Assembly: GCA_041658985.1 (NCBI GenBank)
Contig: JBAZZC010000001.1
Coordinates: 65,813 to 129,812 of the forward strand
Source of the DNA: Minisyncoccota bacterium
GTDB taxonomy: Bacteria > Patescibacteriota > Minisyncoccia > Phycocordibacterales > DATDWN01
Length of the DNA: 64,000 nt
Reading direction: 5' to 3'
Within the stretch, counting starts at the first letter, position 1, and each line of letters opens with the position of its first letter. The position numbers were made by a program, and so were the translations under genes. Shown here piece by piece: positions 1-8,989 of the stretch. The notes beneath the pieces were generated by a model. The model made no database searches. It was given only the letters and a program-made list of their open reading frames with translations, and was not told the DNA's origin.

Positions 1-264
1 TATTAAAGCAACACAAAGCCATACATTTTTTCTTAGTATCATTTCTTCTTTTTTTGTTTTTTTAATTATTGAAACAGTTGCACCTAAATTGCGCAAAGAC
101 GTAATCATGCAAAGATAGTCCGTTCCAGAACCATCAAATAAAATGACCTGCGAACCAACATTGTATCTAAAAACACTTCTCCATTGGTGCACTAAGTCTC
201 TATCCGTTACATCAAACGTATCATGAAAAATCGTATTGTTTACATAAAATCGGTGAAACCGCAT
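1..264 (-). CDS. rsmE: 16S rRNA m3U1498 methyltransferase RsmE (5' part, runs off window)
   Basis: Manual translation from ATG at 264: MRFHRFYV...DLVHQWRSVFRYNVGSQVILFDGSG..., which matches the RsmE N-terminal H..VLR..G..v.lFDG pattern. Confidence 0.8.
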   Translation of the reverse strand, partial: MRFHRFYVNNTIFHDTFDVTDRDLVHQWRSVFRYNVGSQVILFDGSGTDYLCMITSLRNLGATVSIIKKTKKEEMILRKNVWLCVALI

Positions 265-348
265 AATAAAACATTATACCAGACTTGACATTTTTGTCAT
301 TGTTGGCAATATGTTGAACAGATTAGTCCCCCAACAAGGAGAGCACAC

Positions 349-705
349 ATGCCGGTAGTAAAAGTGTGGTGTCTTCCAGCAGATCTTTCGGAAGACACCC
401 TGCGAGCAATCCACAAAAGCATCGTCACAGCCACCATGTCCGTGAAGGAGTTTGGGGTTACTGACGAGAAGTCAATGACCACACTGTTCCCGAAGGATAT
501 GATGGTCTACGGTCTTGGAACCGAAATCGTCATCGAGGTCCTGTCGAGAAGGTCCAGTAGGGTTCAATCGATAACGAGAGCCCGTCTGGCTATGGTTCTG
601 GTATCGGCCGTGTGCGAGTTCTTCCCCAAGGCCATGGTGGAATGTCTCGTTCTTCCATTCAGTGAGGAAGACGGCTTCTACCACCTGGACGCACCGAGGT
701 GTTGA
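349..705 (+). CDS. hypothetical protein, possibly tautomerase/MIF-like (N-terminal Pro)
   Basis: 118-aa ORF beginning MP, GC-rich codons, SD AAGGAG upstream, TTGACA at 285-290, terminator downstream. Confidence 0.6.
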   Translation: MPVVKVWCLPADLSEDTLRAIHKSIVTATMSVKEFGVTDEKSMTTLFPKDMMVYGLGTEIVIEVLSRRSSRVQSITRARLAMVLVSAVCEFFPKAMVECLVLPFSEEDGFYHLDAPRC

Positions 706-729
706 GAATTCGCAACCCGCCCGTCACTG

Positions 730-760
730 GAGACCGCCCCGTCTCGACGAGGCGGTTTTC
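730..760 (+). terminator. intrinsic terminator
   Basis: GAGACCGCC...GGCGGTTTTC hairpin after the ORF stop. Confidence 0.6.
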
Positions 761-819
761 CATATCAAAATTAAAATTTTACTATTTTTGAATATTTGTT
801 ATACTCAAAACAGTTATAG

Positions 820-990
820 AATCTCGTTGAAGTCGTATCTTTTTTGGAGCATCCGCAGGGAGCAAGCCGGTCTTGTCAACAACCCGAGCACACAGCGAGG
901 GCTCTTGACAAGTTGCGACTGAGGACTAGAACGAACTTTTCGCTGGAAAAGTGAGTGTCTCTAAAAAAGATACGACAAAAAAGAGACTTT
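820..990 (+). ncRNA. rod-shaped structured RNA upstream of clpP (6S RNA candidate)
   Basis: GTCGTATCTTTTTTGGAG (832) pairs with CTCTAAAAAAGATACGAC (ends 976); inner CTTGTCAA/TTGACAAG stem; TATACT at 800-805. Confidence 0.4.
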
Positions 991-1010
991 ATAATCTAAC
1001 AAAAAATTTT

Positions 1011-1580
1011 ATGCTTATACCTACAGTTATTGAAAAATCCCAATTCGGTGAACGGGCATACGACATATACTCGCGACTTTTGCGTGAAAATATTATTTTC
1101 CTGGGCGGACCGATAGATGACGACACAGCAAACATTGTTATTGCTCAAATGCTTTTTTTGCAATCAGAAAATCCTAAAAAAGATATTTCCATTTATATAA
1201 ACTCTCCGGGTGGATACATTCATTCTGGTTTGGCTATTTTGGACACGATGAATATTTTGAAAAATGATATTTCAACAGTCTGTGTTGGTATCGCCGCTTC
1301 AATGGCCTCGGTAATTCTGTCAGCTGGAACAAAAGGCAAAAGATTTATTCTGCCAAACGCAGAAGTGATGATACATCAACCACATGGTGGAACAGAGGGC
1401 CAGGCATCTGATATTGAGATATCGGCAAAACATATTCTAAAACAACGTGACTTGCTTAATAAAATGCTTGCTAAAAATACGGGTAAGCCACTAGCTCAAA
1501 TAGAAAAAGATGTTGACCGTGACTTTTTTATGACGTCTGAAGAGGCAAAACGATATGGAATAGTAGACAAAATCCTATAA
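1011..1580 (+). CDS. clpP: ATP-dependent Clp protease proteolytic subunit
   Basis: MLIPTVIEK...[19 protein letters not shown] (catalytic Ser), MIHQP; start placed at ATG 1011. Confidence 0.97.
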   Translation: MLIPTVIEKSQFGERAYDIYSRLLRENIIFLGGPIDDDTANIVIAQMLFLQSENPKKDISIYINSPGGYIHSGLAILDTMNILKNDISTVCVGIAASMASVILSAGTKGKRFILPNAEVMIHQPHGGTEGQASDIEISAKHILKQRDLLNKMLAKNTGKPLAQIEKDVDRDFFMTSEEAKRYGIVDKIL

Positions 1581-1792
1581 AAGAGCTATAATACCAGTAT
1601 TATTTATTTTAATTAGATAACTGGTTGTTTTTGTTTTTCTGTTAATATTTCCGTTCAAATCCAGATTCCTTAAAAAATTTTAGAGATACAAACTTACTTA
1701 TGATTGATACAGACTACATATTGAAAGAACTCTATATTTAGAACCCGCCTGCCGGCGAGGCAGGAAACGAAAGCGACGGTTGTTTGCGAAAC

Positions 1793-3322
1793 ATGTCATT
1801 AAAAATAGTCCTGCTGTTACTTTCCGTAGCCTCACTTATATCAATAGTGATTGGCTATTACTTGCGTCTCATCGTTTCTCTTGGTCAAAAAGGTTCAATG
1901 GAACTAGACCTCAAGAAAATGATGCTTGAGGCAGAGAAGAAAGAAAAAGCAATCGTTGATGAAGCAGAAAAAAAAGCAGAAGAGTTACTGAAGGTAGCTA
2001 GGTTAGAAATAAAACAAAGAGAAGAAGACAATAAAAAAACAGAAGAAAGACTCATTAAAAAAGATGAGCTTCTTCTAGGTAGACAAACCGAAATAGATAA
2101 AGAGGTAGAAGAGATTAAGAAAAGGATTGAGGAAATAAAGATATTAAGAGACAAGGCGTTAGCTACGACAGAGCAAAAAAAAGAAGAGCTAAGTAAAATC
2201 GCCAAACTCACCCCCGAAGAAGCCAAACAAGAAATTTTAAAAACAGTTGAGAAAGAAAATGAGGAAGATATTTTAGTCCGAATGAAGAAACTGGAAATGG
2301 ACGGCGAGGAAAGATTGGAAGAAAAAGCTAAAGGGATTTTAACTTCTTCAATTCAGCGTCTATCAAATTCAGTTTCATCGGACATGCTTACAACCCATGT
2401 CGTAATTCCAAATGACGAAATAAAAGGAAAAATTATTGGAAAAGAAGGTAGAAACATAAAAGCTTTTGAAAGATGTACTGGGGTTGAGGTTATCGTTGAC
2501 GATACGCCCGGCTCTATTACCATCTCTTCTTTTGACCCCGTCCGTCGCCAAATAGCAAAATCAGCCTTAGAAAAACTTATTGTTGACGGTAGAATTCAAC
2601 CAGCAAAAATTGAGGAAATGGTCCAAAAAGCAGAACAAGAAATCGCTAAAATTATAAAAGAAAAAGGTGAAGAAGCGGTGTATGAAACTGGAGTGTTGGG
2701 CCTCGACCCTCGTATTATTTCTATTCTCGGAAGACTCCACTTCAGAACAAGTTATGGGCAAAATGTTTTAGCCCACTCTATAGAAATGGCCCACATTGCC
2801 GGTATGCTTGCCGAGGAAATAGGTGCAAATGTCCAAGTGGCAAAAGCCGGGGCGTTGGTGCACGACATAGGAAAAGCCCTAGACCATGAGGTTGTTGGTA
2901 CACACATTGAAATTGGTCGAAGAATTCTCCAAAAGTTCGGCGCAGATGAAAATATAATAAAAGCTATGCAAGCTCATCATGAGGAATATCCTTATGAAAC
3001 ACTTGAATCAATGATTGTTCAGTCAGCAGACGCTATATCAGGTGGCCGACCTGGAGCTCGTCGAGACAGTATAGAAAACTATCTAAAACGACTAAAAGAC
3101 CTTGAGGCCGTGGCCAATTCATTTAAGGGTGTTGAGAAATCATATGCCCTACAGGCTGGTCGTGAAATAAGAATTTTTGTCACCCCTAGTGAAACCACGG
3201 ACCTTGAAGCTAAAAAAATGGCTAGAGATATCGCCCTTCGCATAGAAAGTGAACTAAAATATCCGGGTGAAATAAAGGTGACAGTCATTCGCGAGTCTAG
3301 AACCATTGAGTTTGCAAGGTAA
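1793..3322 (+). CDS. rny: ribonuclease Y
   Basis: N-terminal TM, coiled coil, KH domain (IIGKEGRNIK), HD domain (HDIGKA), ARRDS motif. Confidence 0.97.
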   Translation: MSLKIVLLLLSVASLISIVIGYYLRLIVSLGQKGSMELDLKKMMLEAEKKEKAIVDEAEKKAEELLKVARLEIKQREEDNKKTEERLIKKDELLLGRQTEIDKEVEEIKKRIEEIKILRDKALATTEQKKEELSKIAKLTPEEAKQEILKTVEKENEEDILVRMKKLEMDGEERLEEKAKGILTSSIQRLSNSVSSDMLTTHVVIPNDEIKGKIIGKEGRNIKAFERCTGVEVIVDDTPGSITISSFDPVRRQIAKSALEKLIVDGRIQPAKIEEMVQKAEQEIAKIIKEKGEEAVYETGVLGLDPRIISILGRLHFRTSYGQNVLAHSIEMAHIAGMLAEEIGANVQVAKAGALVHDIGKALDHEVVGTHIEIGRRILQKFGADENIIKAMQAHHEEYPYETLESMIVQSADAISGGRPGARRDSIENYLKRLKDLEAVANSFKGVEKSYALQAGREIRIFVTPSETTDLEAKKMARDIALRIESELKYPGEIKVTVIRESRTIEFAR

Positions 3323-3331
3323 AAAGTACTC

Positions 3332-3519
3332 GAAACTTATTTTTTGAGACACGCATAAAGCCCTGCTGGGCTTTTGCTATGCTCGTCAATCAAGAAAACA
3401 ATCTTTCTCAATACTGGCCCTTTCGCAAACTCGGGCTTCGCCCTCAAACAGTGCTTCGGGCTGGCGTACTTCGTCGTTGTTTTCTAATTGACTGTGCAAT
3501 GTCTCAAAAAACAAGTTTC
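3332..3519 (+). repeat. about 190-bp palindromic element, family A copy 1
   Basis: Core GAGACACG...GCTCGTCAATCAAGAAAACAATC...GTTGTTTTCTAATTGACTGTGCAATGTCTC shared with 11035-11238 and 34247-34430. Confidence 0.9.
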
Positions 3520-3691
3520 TCATTCTAACGAGAAAGAAATTTTGTATTTTATACACATCATCTTTAATCCACAGTCAATATGTTGCTTTAAAAAACCGTT
3601 GGTATATACTATTATTCATAGTAGATAGTTTGGACTTTCTGTTCGAAGGTTCCAAAAAATAAAATTATTATTAATTAATTACATTATTAAT

Positions 3692-3964
3692 ATGAATAAA
3701 GCATCTATCGTAGACGCAGTACACGACAAATTAGGTGGAACAAAAGTCCAAGCAGAAGAAGTCGTAGATTTAGTGATTGATTCAATCGTCGGAACACTCA
3801 AGAAAGGTGGTGAAGTTTCAATCGCTGGTCTTGGAATCTTCTCAACAAAGACACGAGCAGCACGACAGGCTCGAAACCCACGAACAGGAGAATCAATATC
3901 TGTTCCATCAATGAAAGTTCCAAAATTCCGTGCAGCTAAGGCCCTTAAAGAAGCTGTGAAATAG
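3692..3964 (+). CDS. hup: HU family DNA-binding protein
   Basis: MNKA..., GLGIF, ARNPRTGE, PKFRAAKALK. Confidence 0.95.
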   Translation: MNKASIVDAVHDKLGGTKVQAEEVVDLVIDSIVGTLKKGGEVSIAGLGIFSTKTRAARQARNPRTGESISVPSMKVPKFRAAKALKEAVK

Positions 3965-4090
3965 TCGCCTGGTCTTTTTGTCCGATTTTTTCGTTGCTCG
4001 TTTTGTTCGCTCCCGCAGAGTACTAAATGTACACTTTGGTCACAAACAAAACTCCGCACTTCAAACTCGAACAAAAATCCTCAGGCTTGC
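3965..4090 (+). repeat. long imperfect hairpin directly after the hup stop
   Basis: GCCTG..TTTTTGTCCGA / TCGAACAAAAA..CAGGC and GTTTTGTT/AACAAAAC complementarity. Confidence 0.5.
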
Positions 4091-4143
4091 ATTTAAAAAA
4101 TTATTTGCGCGAATCAAAAAACACCCGCTTGGGTGTTTTTTGA

Positions 4144-4404
4144 TTATTTTATAGATATTATTTGGAAACCATATTTTTCAATATCTTCTTCTGACCACGA
4201 ATGCATATCTTTTGTTTTTAAAACAAATGTGATTTCTTTTTCAATTTCTCTACCAGTATATTTTCTGATATTCGGGTCCCACTCTTTTAAAACCAAAACA
4301 TCCCCCGCTTTACATTCCCAATCAGCCAAACGCAAATCAAAATTTTTTTCACCAGAAATAATCTTATCAAAATATTCTGGCCATGCTTTCTTTTCTATCT
4401 TCAT
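4144..4404 (-). CDS. ASCH/DUF3850 domain protein
   Basis: K.WPEYF..I.SGEK.F.LR..D....GD.L.L.EW motif. Confidence 0.8.
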   Translation of the reverse strand: MKIEKKAWPEYFDKIISGEKNFDLRLADWECKAGDVLVLKEWDPNIRKYTGREIEKEITFVLKTKDMHSWSEEDIEKYGFQIISIK

Positions 4405-4406
4405 AG

Positions 4407-4477
4407 TGCGGGTAGGGAGAATCGAACTCCCCTCTCAGTCTTGGAAGGACCGCATTCTACCACTAAACCATACCCGC
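4407..4477 (-). tRNA. tRNA-Gly(TCC)
   Basis: GCGGGTA acceptor stem, anticodon loop CTTCCAA, T-loop GTTCGATTC; no encoded CCA. Confidence 0.95.
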
Positions 4478-4535
4478 AATGGAATTTATACTACCAGAAA
4501 ATTAGTACCTAAGCAAAAAATGATATAATTCTGAA

Positions 4536-5639
4536 ATGTTACAAAAAATTTTATCAATGTTAGTCTTGGTAACTATTTTAGTTTTTGGCTTTTGGTCAGT
4601 ACAAACTTCGGTCGCCCCAATTCAAAATGAATACAAAGAAGCGGTGGCAACTACAACCCCGACGCTCCGACCTAATACATCGGAGGTCGGGGCTCCGACC
4701 ACAAGCGTCGGAGCAACCAAATCAAAACCCGTTGTAATAACAAAACAGATTGAGATACCTGAAATAATTACGATTCCGACAATAGAACCAGCACCAGATT
4801 TTGAAAAAATTAATGCATACACTCGTCTGGCCACAGTGAACATTCTCTGTCAGACAAAAGCCAGTGACTTCTCCCCTATTTCTGGTACGGGTATGATAAT
4901 AAGCCAGGATGGTTTGATTTTAACCAATGCCCATGTGGCCCAATATTTTTTGTTGCGTGATTTGTATGTGAAAAATTTTATTGAATGTGTTATTCGAACC
5001 GGCAGTCCTGCCTATCCAAAATATCATGCTGAATTAGTTTATATTTCTCCAGCTTGGGTAGAAGACAATAAAGCCGAGATAAAATTACAAAACCCATTAG
5101 GGACCGGTGAAAAAGACTTTGCCTTTTTACGAATTACTGATGCCATTGATGGCTCTAGATTACCTGCTTTTTCTTTTGTCTCAACCGATGTACGAGAAAA
5201 AATAAATGTAAACGAACCAGTTGTTCTTGTTTCCTATCCTGCTGGATTTCTTGGTGGGCTATCAATCATTCAAAACTTAAACATCACAAGTGCTGTTACA
5301 ACGATTCAAGATGTTTTCACTTTCAAAGAAAACACCATTGATGTAATCGCTGTTGGTGGGACGGTTGTATCACAAAAGGGTGCTTCCGGCGGTGCAGTAA
5401 TAGATAAAAACTCGAAACTCTTGGGAATAATCGCCACAAGTTCAGATGGTGCTGTGACAAGTAGTCGTGGACTAAACGCTATCACACTGGCCTATATAAA
5501 CAGAACACTACAAAGTGAGACTGGGTTTACACTCTCTGAATTCTTATCAAAAGATTTGGCTGGTTATGCAAAAACTTTTCAAGAAAACATTGCTCCGGGA
5601 CTTACAAAAATACTTACCGACGAGATAATAAAACAATAA
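4536..5639 (+). CDS. secreted trypsin-like serine protease
   Basis: N-terminal TM/signal; catalytic triad motifs LTNAHV, DFAFL, GASGG. Confidence 0.85.
   Translation: MLQKILSMLVLVTILVFGFWSVQTSVAPIQNEYKEAVATTTPTLRPNTSEVGAPTTSVGATKSKPVVITKQIEIPEIITIPTIEPAPDFEKINAYTRLATVNILCQTKASDFSPISGTGMIISQDGLILTNAHVAQYFLLRDLYVKNFIECVIRTGSPAYPKYHAELVYISPAWVEDNKAEIKLQNPLGTGEKDFAFLRITDAIDGSRLPAFSFVSTDVREKINVNEPVVLVSYPAGFLGGLSIIQNLNITSAVTTIQDVFTFKENTIDVIAVGGTVVSQKGASGGAVIDKNSKLLGIIATSSDGAVTSSRGLNAITLAYINRTLQSETGFTLSEFLSKDLAGYAKTFQENIAPGLTKILTDEIIKQ
4655..4714 (+). repeat. 60-bp in-frame double-hairpin element, family B copy 1
   Basis: Near-identical to 46027-46086; encodes TPTLRPNTSEVGAPTTSVGA. Confidence 0.85.
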
Positions 5640-5729
5640 ACGAACAATTTTTACTTTTTAAGTTAGAATTTAAAATGAATTTTTAATTTTGAAATTAATC
5701 ATTGAAAATTAAGTAAAAAATTAAAAATT

Positions 5730-6035
5730 TTAAATTAAAAATTTACTTTCAGACGATATCTGAACAATCATTTGAAAGTTATCCTCTTTTACAGTTTTGT
5801 TTGGTTTTTTTAAGCCACATTTTACACATTTGTGAATAATAATATATTCCTTTCCTTTTTTTTCTACCATAATTGGCTCCATCATTCCCCCACAGTTCTC
5901 TGTCCTATCCCCTGGAAAAACATCAACATGTTTTGACCATAAACATTGTGGGCAGTGGTTTGTGTAACCGTTACCTTCTACAGAAAAACCACACTTCTCG
6001 CAAGTAAAGTTCTCGATTTTGCGTATAAAAATCAT
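5730..6035 (-). CDS. RNHCP domain protein
   Basis: F.C..CG, TNHCPQCLWSKHVD..PGDR, CGG.MEP, H.C..CG. Confidence 0.9.
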   Translation of the reverse strand: MIFIRKIENFTCEKCGFSVEGNGYTNHCPQCLWSKHVDVFPGDRTENCGGMMEPIMVEKKGKEYIIIHKCVKCGLKKPNKTVKEDNFQMIVQISSESKFLI

Positions 6036-6202
6036 TATGTAAATATATCATGGTATTATGTAATTTCGGAAAAAGGCAAGAACTTGGGCGGGCCGTATAA
6101 GACCCTCTTTTTTTCTTTCCATCTCATCTAACATTTCAACATTCTCAAGAATGTGAGAATGTCATTTTAGCAACTTTTTTAGGTAAGTGGTATAATTATA
6201 GG

Positions 6203-6880
6203 ATGAAAAAAGTATACATTGTTTTAATATTAATAATCGTGGGGCTGGGAATATCGTTTGCATTTAATGGCCAACCAAAGAAAGATGATGTTGGGATTGC
6301 AAATCCTGCATCGGTATTTTGTGTGGAGCAGGGTGGGCGGTTGGATATTAGGACTGATACGAATGGTGGGCAAACAGGATTTTGTGTTTTTGAAGGTGGT
6401 CCTGAATGTGAAGAGTGGGCTTTTTTCCGAGGTGAGTGTAGAATAGATGAGCCAACAAATACTGGAATTGCTTGCACGGAAGAAGCGAAGATTTGTCCGG
6501 ATGGCTCTGCGGTCGGGCGTATCGGACGAAATTGCGAATTTGCTCCGTGCCCCAATACACCAATATCTGGACAAGGAACTGTTTCAGGTAAGGTGACTCT
6601 TAGCCCGACTTGTCCGGTAGAACGCATACCTCCTGACCCTAATTGCGCTCCAAAACCATATGCCATTTCTATAAATATTTTGAAAGCTGGCGGTATTGGA
6701 ATAATTAAAACAATTAAAAGTGACGTAAATGGGGCGTTTAGTATAAATCTTGATTCTGGAACATTTATTCTACGGGCAAGTGGTGGCGCGGTACTGCCGA
6801 GATGCGCTGATGTATCGGTGAAAGTAGTAAATGGACAAACGACCACGGCCAATATTTCTTGTGATACGGGGATACGATAA
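6203..6880 (+). CDS. DUF333-domain Cys-rich exported protein
   Basis: IANPASVFC...GG...CEEWAFFRGEC (DUF333), ACTEEAKICPDGS module, C-terminal beta-sandwich-like region. Confidence 0.8.
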   Translation: MKKVYIVLILIIVGLGISFAFNGQPKKDDVGIANPASVFCVEQGGRLDIRTDTNGGQTGFCVFEGGPECEEWAFFRGECRIDEPTNTGIACTEEAKICPDGSAVGRIGRNCEFAPCPNTPISGQGTVSGKVTLSPTCPVERIPPDPNCAPKPYAISINILKAGGIGIIKTIKSDVNGAFSINLDSGTFILRASGGAVLPRCADVSVKVVNGQTTTANISCDTGIR

Positions 6881-6996
6881 AACATTTCTCTTTCTCCTCT
6901 ATTATTTTTGGAACTATTGGTGCAATAATTGGAATTTATTTTGAGCTACTTGACAAAGAGTGAGTAACTTGTTACAATACACACAGACCAGGTATA

Positions 6997-7401
6997 GTGC
7001 TACATGCGTGGCCAACTATAACTTGGGCAACTGGAGGACTCGTCGTGGAAAGAATATTCCGATTCGAAAGGTGCCCCTGCGGGAAGAGCGTCGCGCACGG
7101 ATACTTCGTGGCCTACAACCCCAATGGTGGCGGAGTTCTGATACTCCCCATCAAGGTCGATTCCATCATGGCCGGCTGTGCTCTGATGGCACGAATGGCT
7201 TACATTTTCCGCGACCAGGACATCTCTGCGCTGGAACAGCAGCTCCACGACGTCGGCCTTCCCGAAACCAGGAGGAGTGCCGACGAGGACATCGAGAACA
7301 TCGAGGCACAGATCCAGGGCATGTGGAGACTTCTGGATCTGGCAGTCGAGGCCACCGGGGGTCTCACGGTCACGATGCGACACGTCGTCGTGAGGCCCTA
7401 G
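6997..7401 (+). CDS. hypothetical protein (GC-rich cassette)
   Basis: TTGACA 6950 / TACAAT 6973 with 17-bp spacer, GC3-rich codons, terminator about 7446-7485; start uncertain. Confidence 0.55.
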   Translation: MLHAWPTITWATGGLVVERIFRFERCPCGKSVAHGYFVAYNPNGGGVLILPIKVDSIMAGCALMARMAYIFRDQDISALEQQLHDVGLPETRRSADEDIENIEAQIQGMWRLLDLAVEATGGLTVTMRHVVVRP

Positions 7402-7537
7402 GCCAGCAACACGCGCTCCCACCAGTTCCGTCCAAAGACACCAAGACGCCGACCCTCCTTCCTGGGGGGCCGGCGTTCACTTTTATATAAAACATTCTAC
7501 CAATTTTAAATTGCTTAGTTTCAAAAAAATTAACTGT

Positions 7538-7646
7538 CGGGGTGCCGAGTGAAAAGTCGTGAACCGACTTCGCAAGACCTTGAATATTTTGTACTCAAAA
7601 TGTGAAAGGTGTACTCCACGTAAGGAGGCAAACTCGGGCCGCATAA
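7538..7646 (-). pseudogene. duplicated 3' half of tRNA-Pro with a structured insertion of about 80 nt in the T-loop
   Basis: Minus strand TTATGCGGCCCGAGTT[insert]CTCGGCACCCCG versus tRNA TCATGCGGCCCGAGTTCGATTCTCGGCACCCCG. Confidence 0.8.
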
Positions 7647-7709
7647 ATTTTTACTAAAAAATTTCCACAGAAACATAACATGTTTCTGGAAGTTGTTTTC
7701 AACACTTCG

Positions 7710-7780
7710 TCGGGGTGCCGAGAATCGAACTCGGGCCGCATGATCCCAAATCATGAATACTACCGCTATACTACACCCCG
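7710..7780 (-). tRNA. tRNA-Pro(TGG)
   Basis: CGGGGTG acceptor, CATGA-TTTGGGA-TCATG anticodon arm, CCGAG-TTCGATT-CTCGG T arm. Confidence 0.95.
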
Positions 7781-7802
7781 ACGAATTTTTTAAAACAACT
7801 TC

Positions 7803-7838
7803 CCCAAATCATGAATACTACCGCTATACTACACCCCG
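7803..7838 (-). pseudogene. exact duplicate of the tRNA-Pro 5' half (through anticodon)
   Basis: CGGGGTGTAGTATAGCGGTAGTATTCATGATTTGGG identical to the tRNA 5' half. Confidence 0.85.
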
Positions 7839-7897
7839 AAATTTTATAAATAAGACATCCAGCAGTTTAACACAAAAAACAAAAATGACAAAAATTT

Positions 7898-8338
7898 TTA
7901 TAAGACAACATCATCTAGGATAGAAACTCGCCATGGTTTTTTGTTTTCATCCATGTAAACGATGGCAACATCAAACTGCCAATCAATATCATCCGAAACA
8001 TTTTTGTCTAAAAGATAAGATTGAATTGCCCTACCAAGTCTTTTTAACTTCCACGGATGCATATTATCCTCTGGCCGATAATCATCTGTTACACGTGTAA
8101 CATTCTGGTCCGCCTCATCGGCGGACCCGCCGAGGAGGCGGGAAACACTTTTCACCTCCACAAAATGTATCTTATTCCCCTTTTTAGCCACAATATCAAG
8201 TTCTCCCCACTTTCTTAAGTAATTTCTGTCAATAATTGAGTAACCATTTTCCTTCAGGTATGTACTTACTGCATCCTCTCCAATTTTTCCAATTATCTGT
8301 TTTTCAGTTGGTGGTTTCTGTTCTTTTTTACCAAACAT
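7898..8338 (-). CDS. yraN: YraN family (UPF0102) nuclease
   Basis: G..GE..V..YL...GY.I.DRNY..KWGELDIVA...FVEVK; contains an in-frame palindromic insertion. Confidence 0.9.
   Translation of the reverse strand: MFGKKEQKPPTEKQIIGKIGEDAVSTYLKENGYSIIDRNYLRKWGELDIVAKKGNKIHFVEVKSVSRLLGGSADEADQNVTRVTDDYRPEDNMHPWKLKRLGRAIQSYLLDKNVSDDIDWQFDVAIVYMDENKKPWRVSILDDVVL
8087..8102. promoter_or_regulatory. parS-like site
   Basis: Perfect palindrome TGTTACACGTGTAACA resembling parS consensus TGTTNCACGTGAAACA. Confidence 0.65.
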
Positions 8339-8434
8339 CCCATTAGAGTTAATGATAATGTGTTAATTAGTAAATTAGTGAGAATATTACTATAAAAAAC
8401 CGTCTTTCAATAAATAAACTAGAACTCTAACGGG
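8339..8434. mobile_element. MITE-like element, family D (CCCGTTAGA terminal inverted repeats)
   Basis: CCCATTAGAGTT...AACTCTAACGGG, directly abutting the yraN ATG. Confidence 0.7.
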
Positions 8435-8491
8435 ACAGGTCTCTAAATTATAATATAAAAGACCAAATGTTTCATGATTAACATATTCCAC

Positions 8492-8507
8492 CATTTCACG
8501 TGAAACA
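8492..8507. promoter_or_regulatory. parS-like site
   Basis: CATTTCACGTGAAACA, 14/16 match to TGTTTCACGTGAAACA. Confidence 0.65.
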
Positions 8508-8709
8508 TCAGTCAGTTTTTCTCAAAAACAGACACTTTGAGGACATGTCTTATTAAAAATGTGTATAGTTCAGGCCATAATTCTAAAGCGACAAATAAAG
8601 GCCATGTGTTTTTATATCAGTCATGGACCTGTCTTTAATACACATGTCCCCAGACTTATCCACAATTTGCTGATAAAACAAAAAGAGCAGAAGCTCTTTT
8701 TTGTCTTTG

Positions 8710-8780
8710 TGCGGGTACCGGGAATCGAACCCGAATCTCGTCCTTGGCAAGGACGTGTTCTACCACTAAACCATACCCGC
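8710..8780 (-). tRNA. tRNA-Gly(GCC)
   Basis: CGTCC-TTGCCAA-GGACG anticodon arm, GTTCGATTC T-loop. Confidence 0.95.
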
Positions 8781-8839
8781 ATTGTTTATTTTCCTATTAT
8801 ACACAATAAATATTCTGACTCAAAATACTATTCAGATTT

Positions 8840-8914
8840 TGGTGCACCCGGAGGGACTTGAACCCCCAAAAACAGCTTCGAAGGCTGGCATGATATCCAT
8901 TTCATCACGGGTGC
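8840..8914 (-). tRNA. tRNA-Arg(TCG)
   Basis: GCACCCG acceptor, CAGC-CTTCGAA-GCTG anticodon arm, encoded CCA. Confidence 0.9.
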
Positions 8915-8989
8915 TTCGTGTGTTCATAAGTATATATTTTATTGCAATATGTTGCAATAAAATTCGAATTTAGTTAAAATATTCGAAGT

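Noticed and set aside
951-1010. N-terminal extensions of ClpP (951) and DnaN (56389) in the ORF track
   Set aside because: They fall inside structured or repeat elements; family-typical starts are at 1011 and 56410.
8540-8650. Recurring GGCCAT/GGACATGTC words in the intergenic region
   Set aside because: Too short and irregular to support a binding-site or iteron call by eye.
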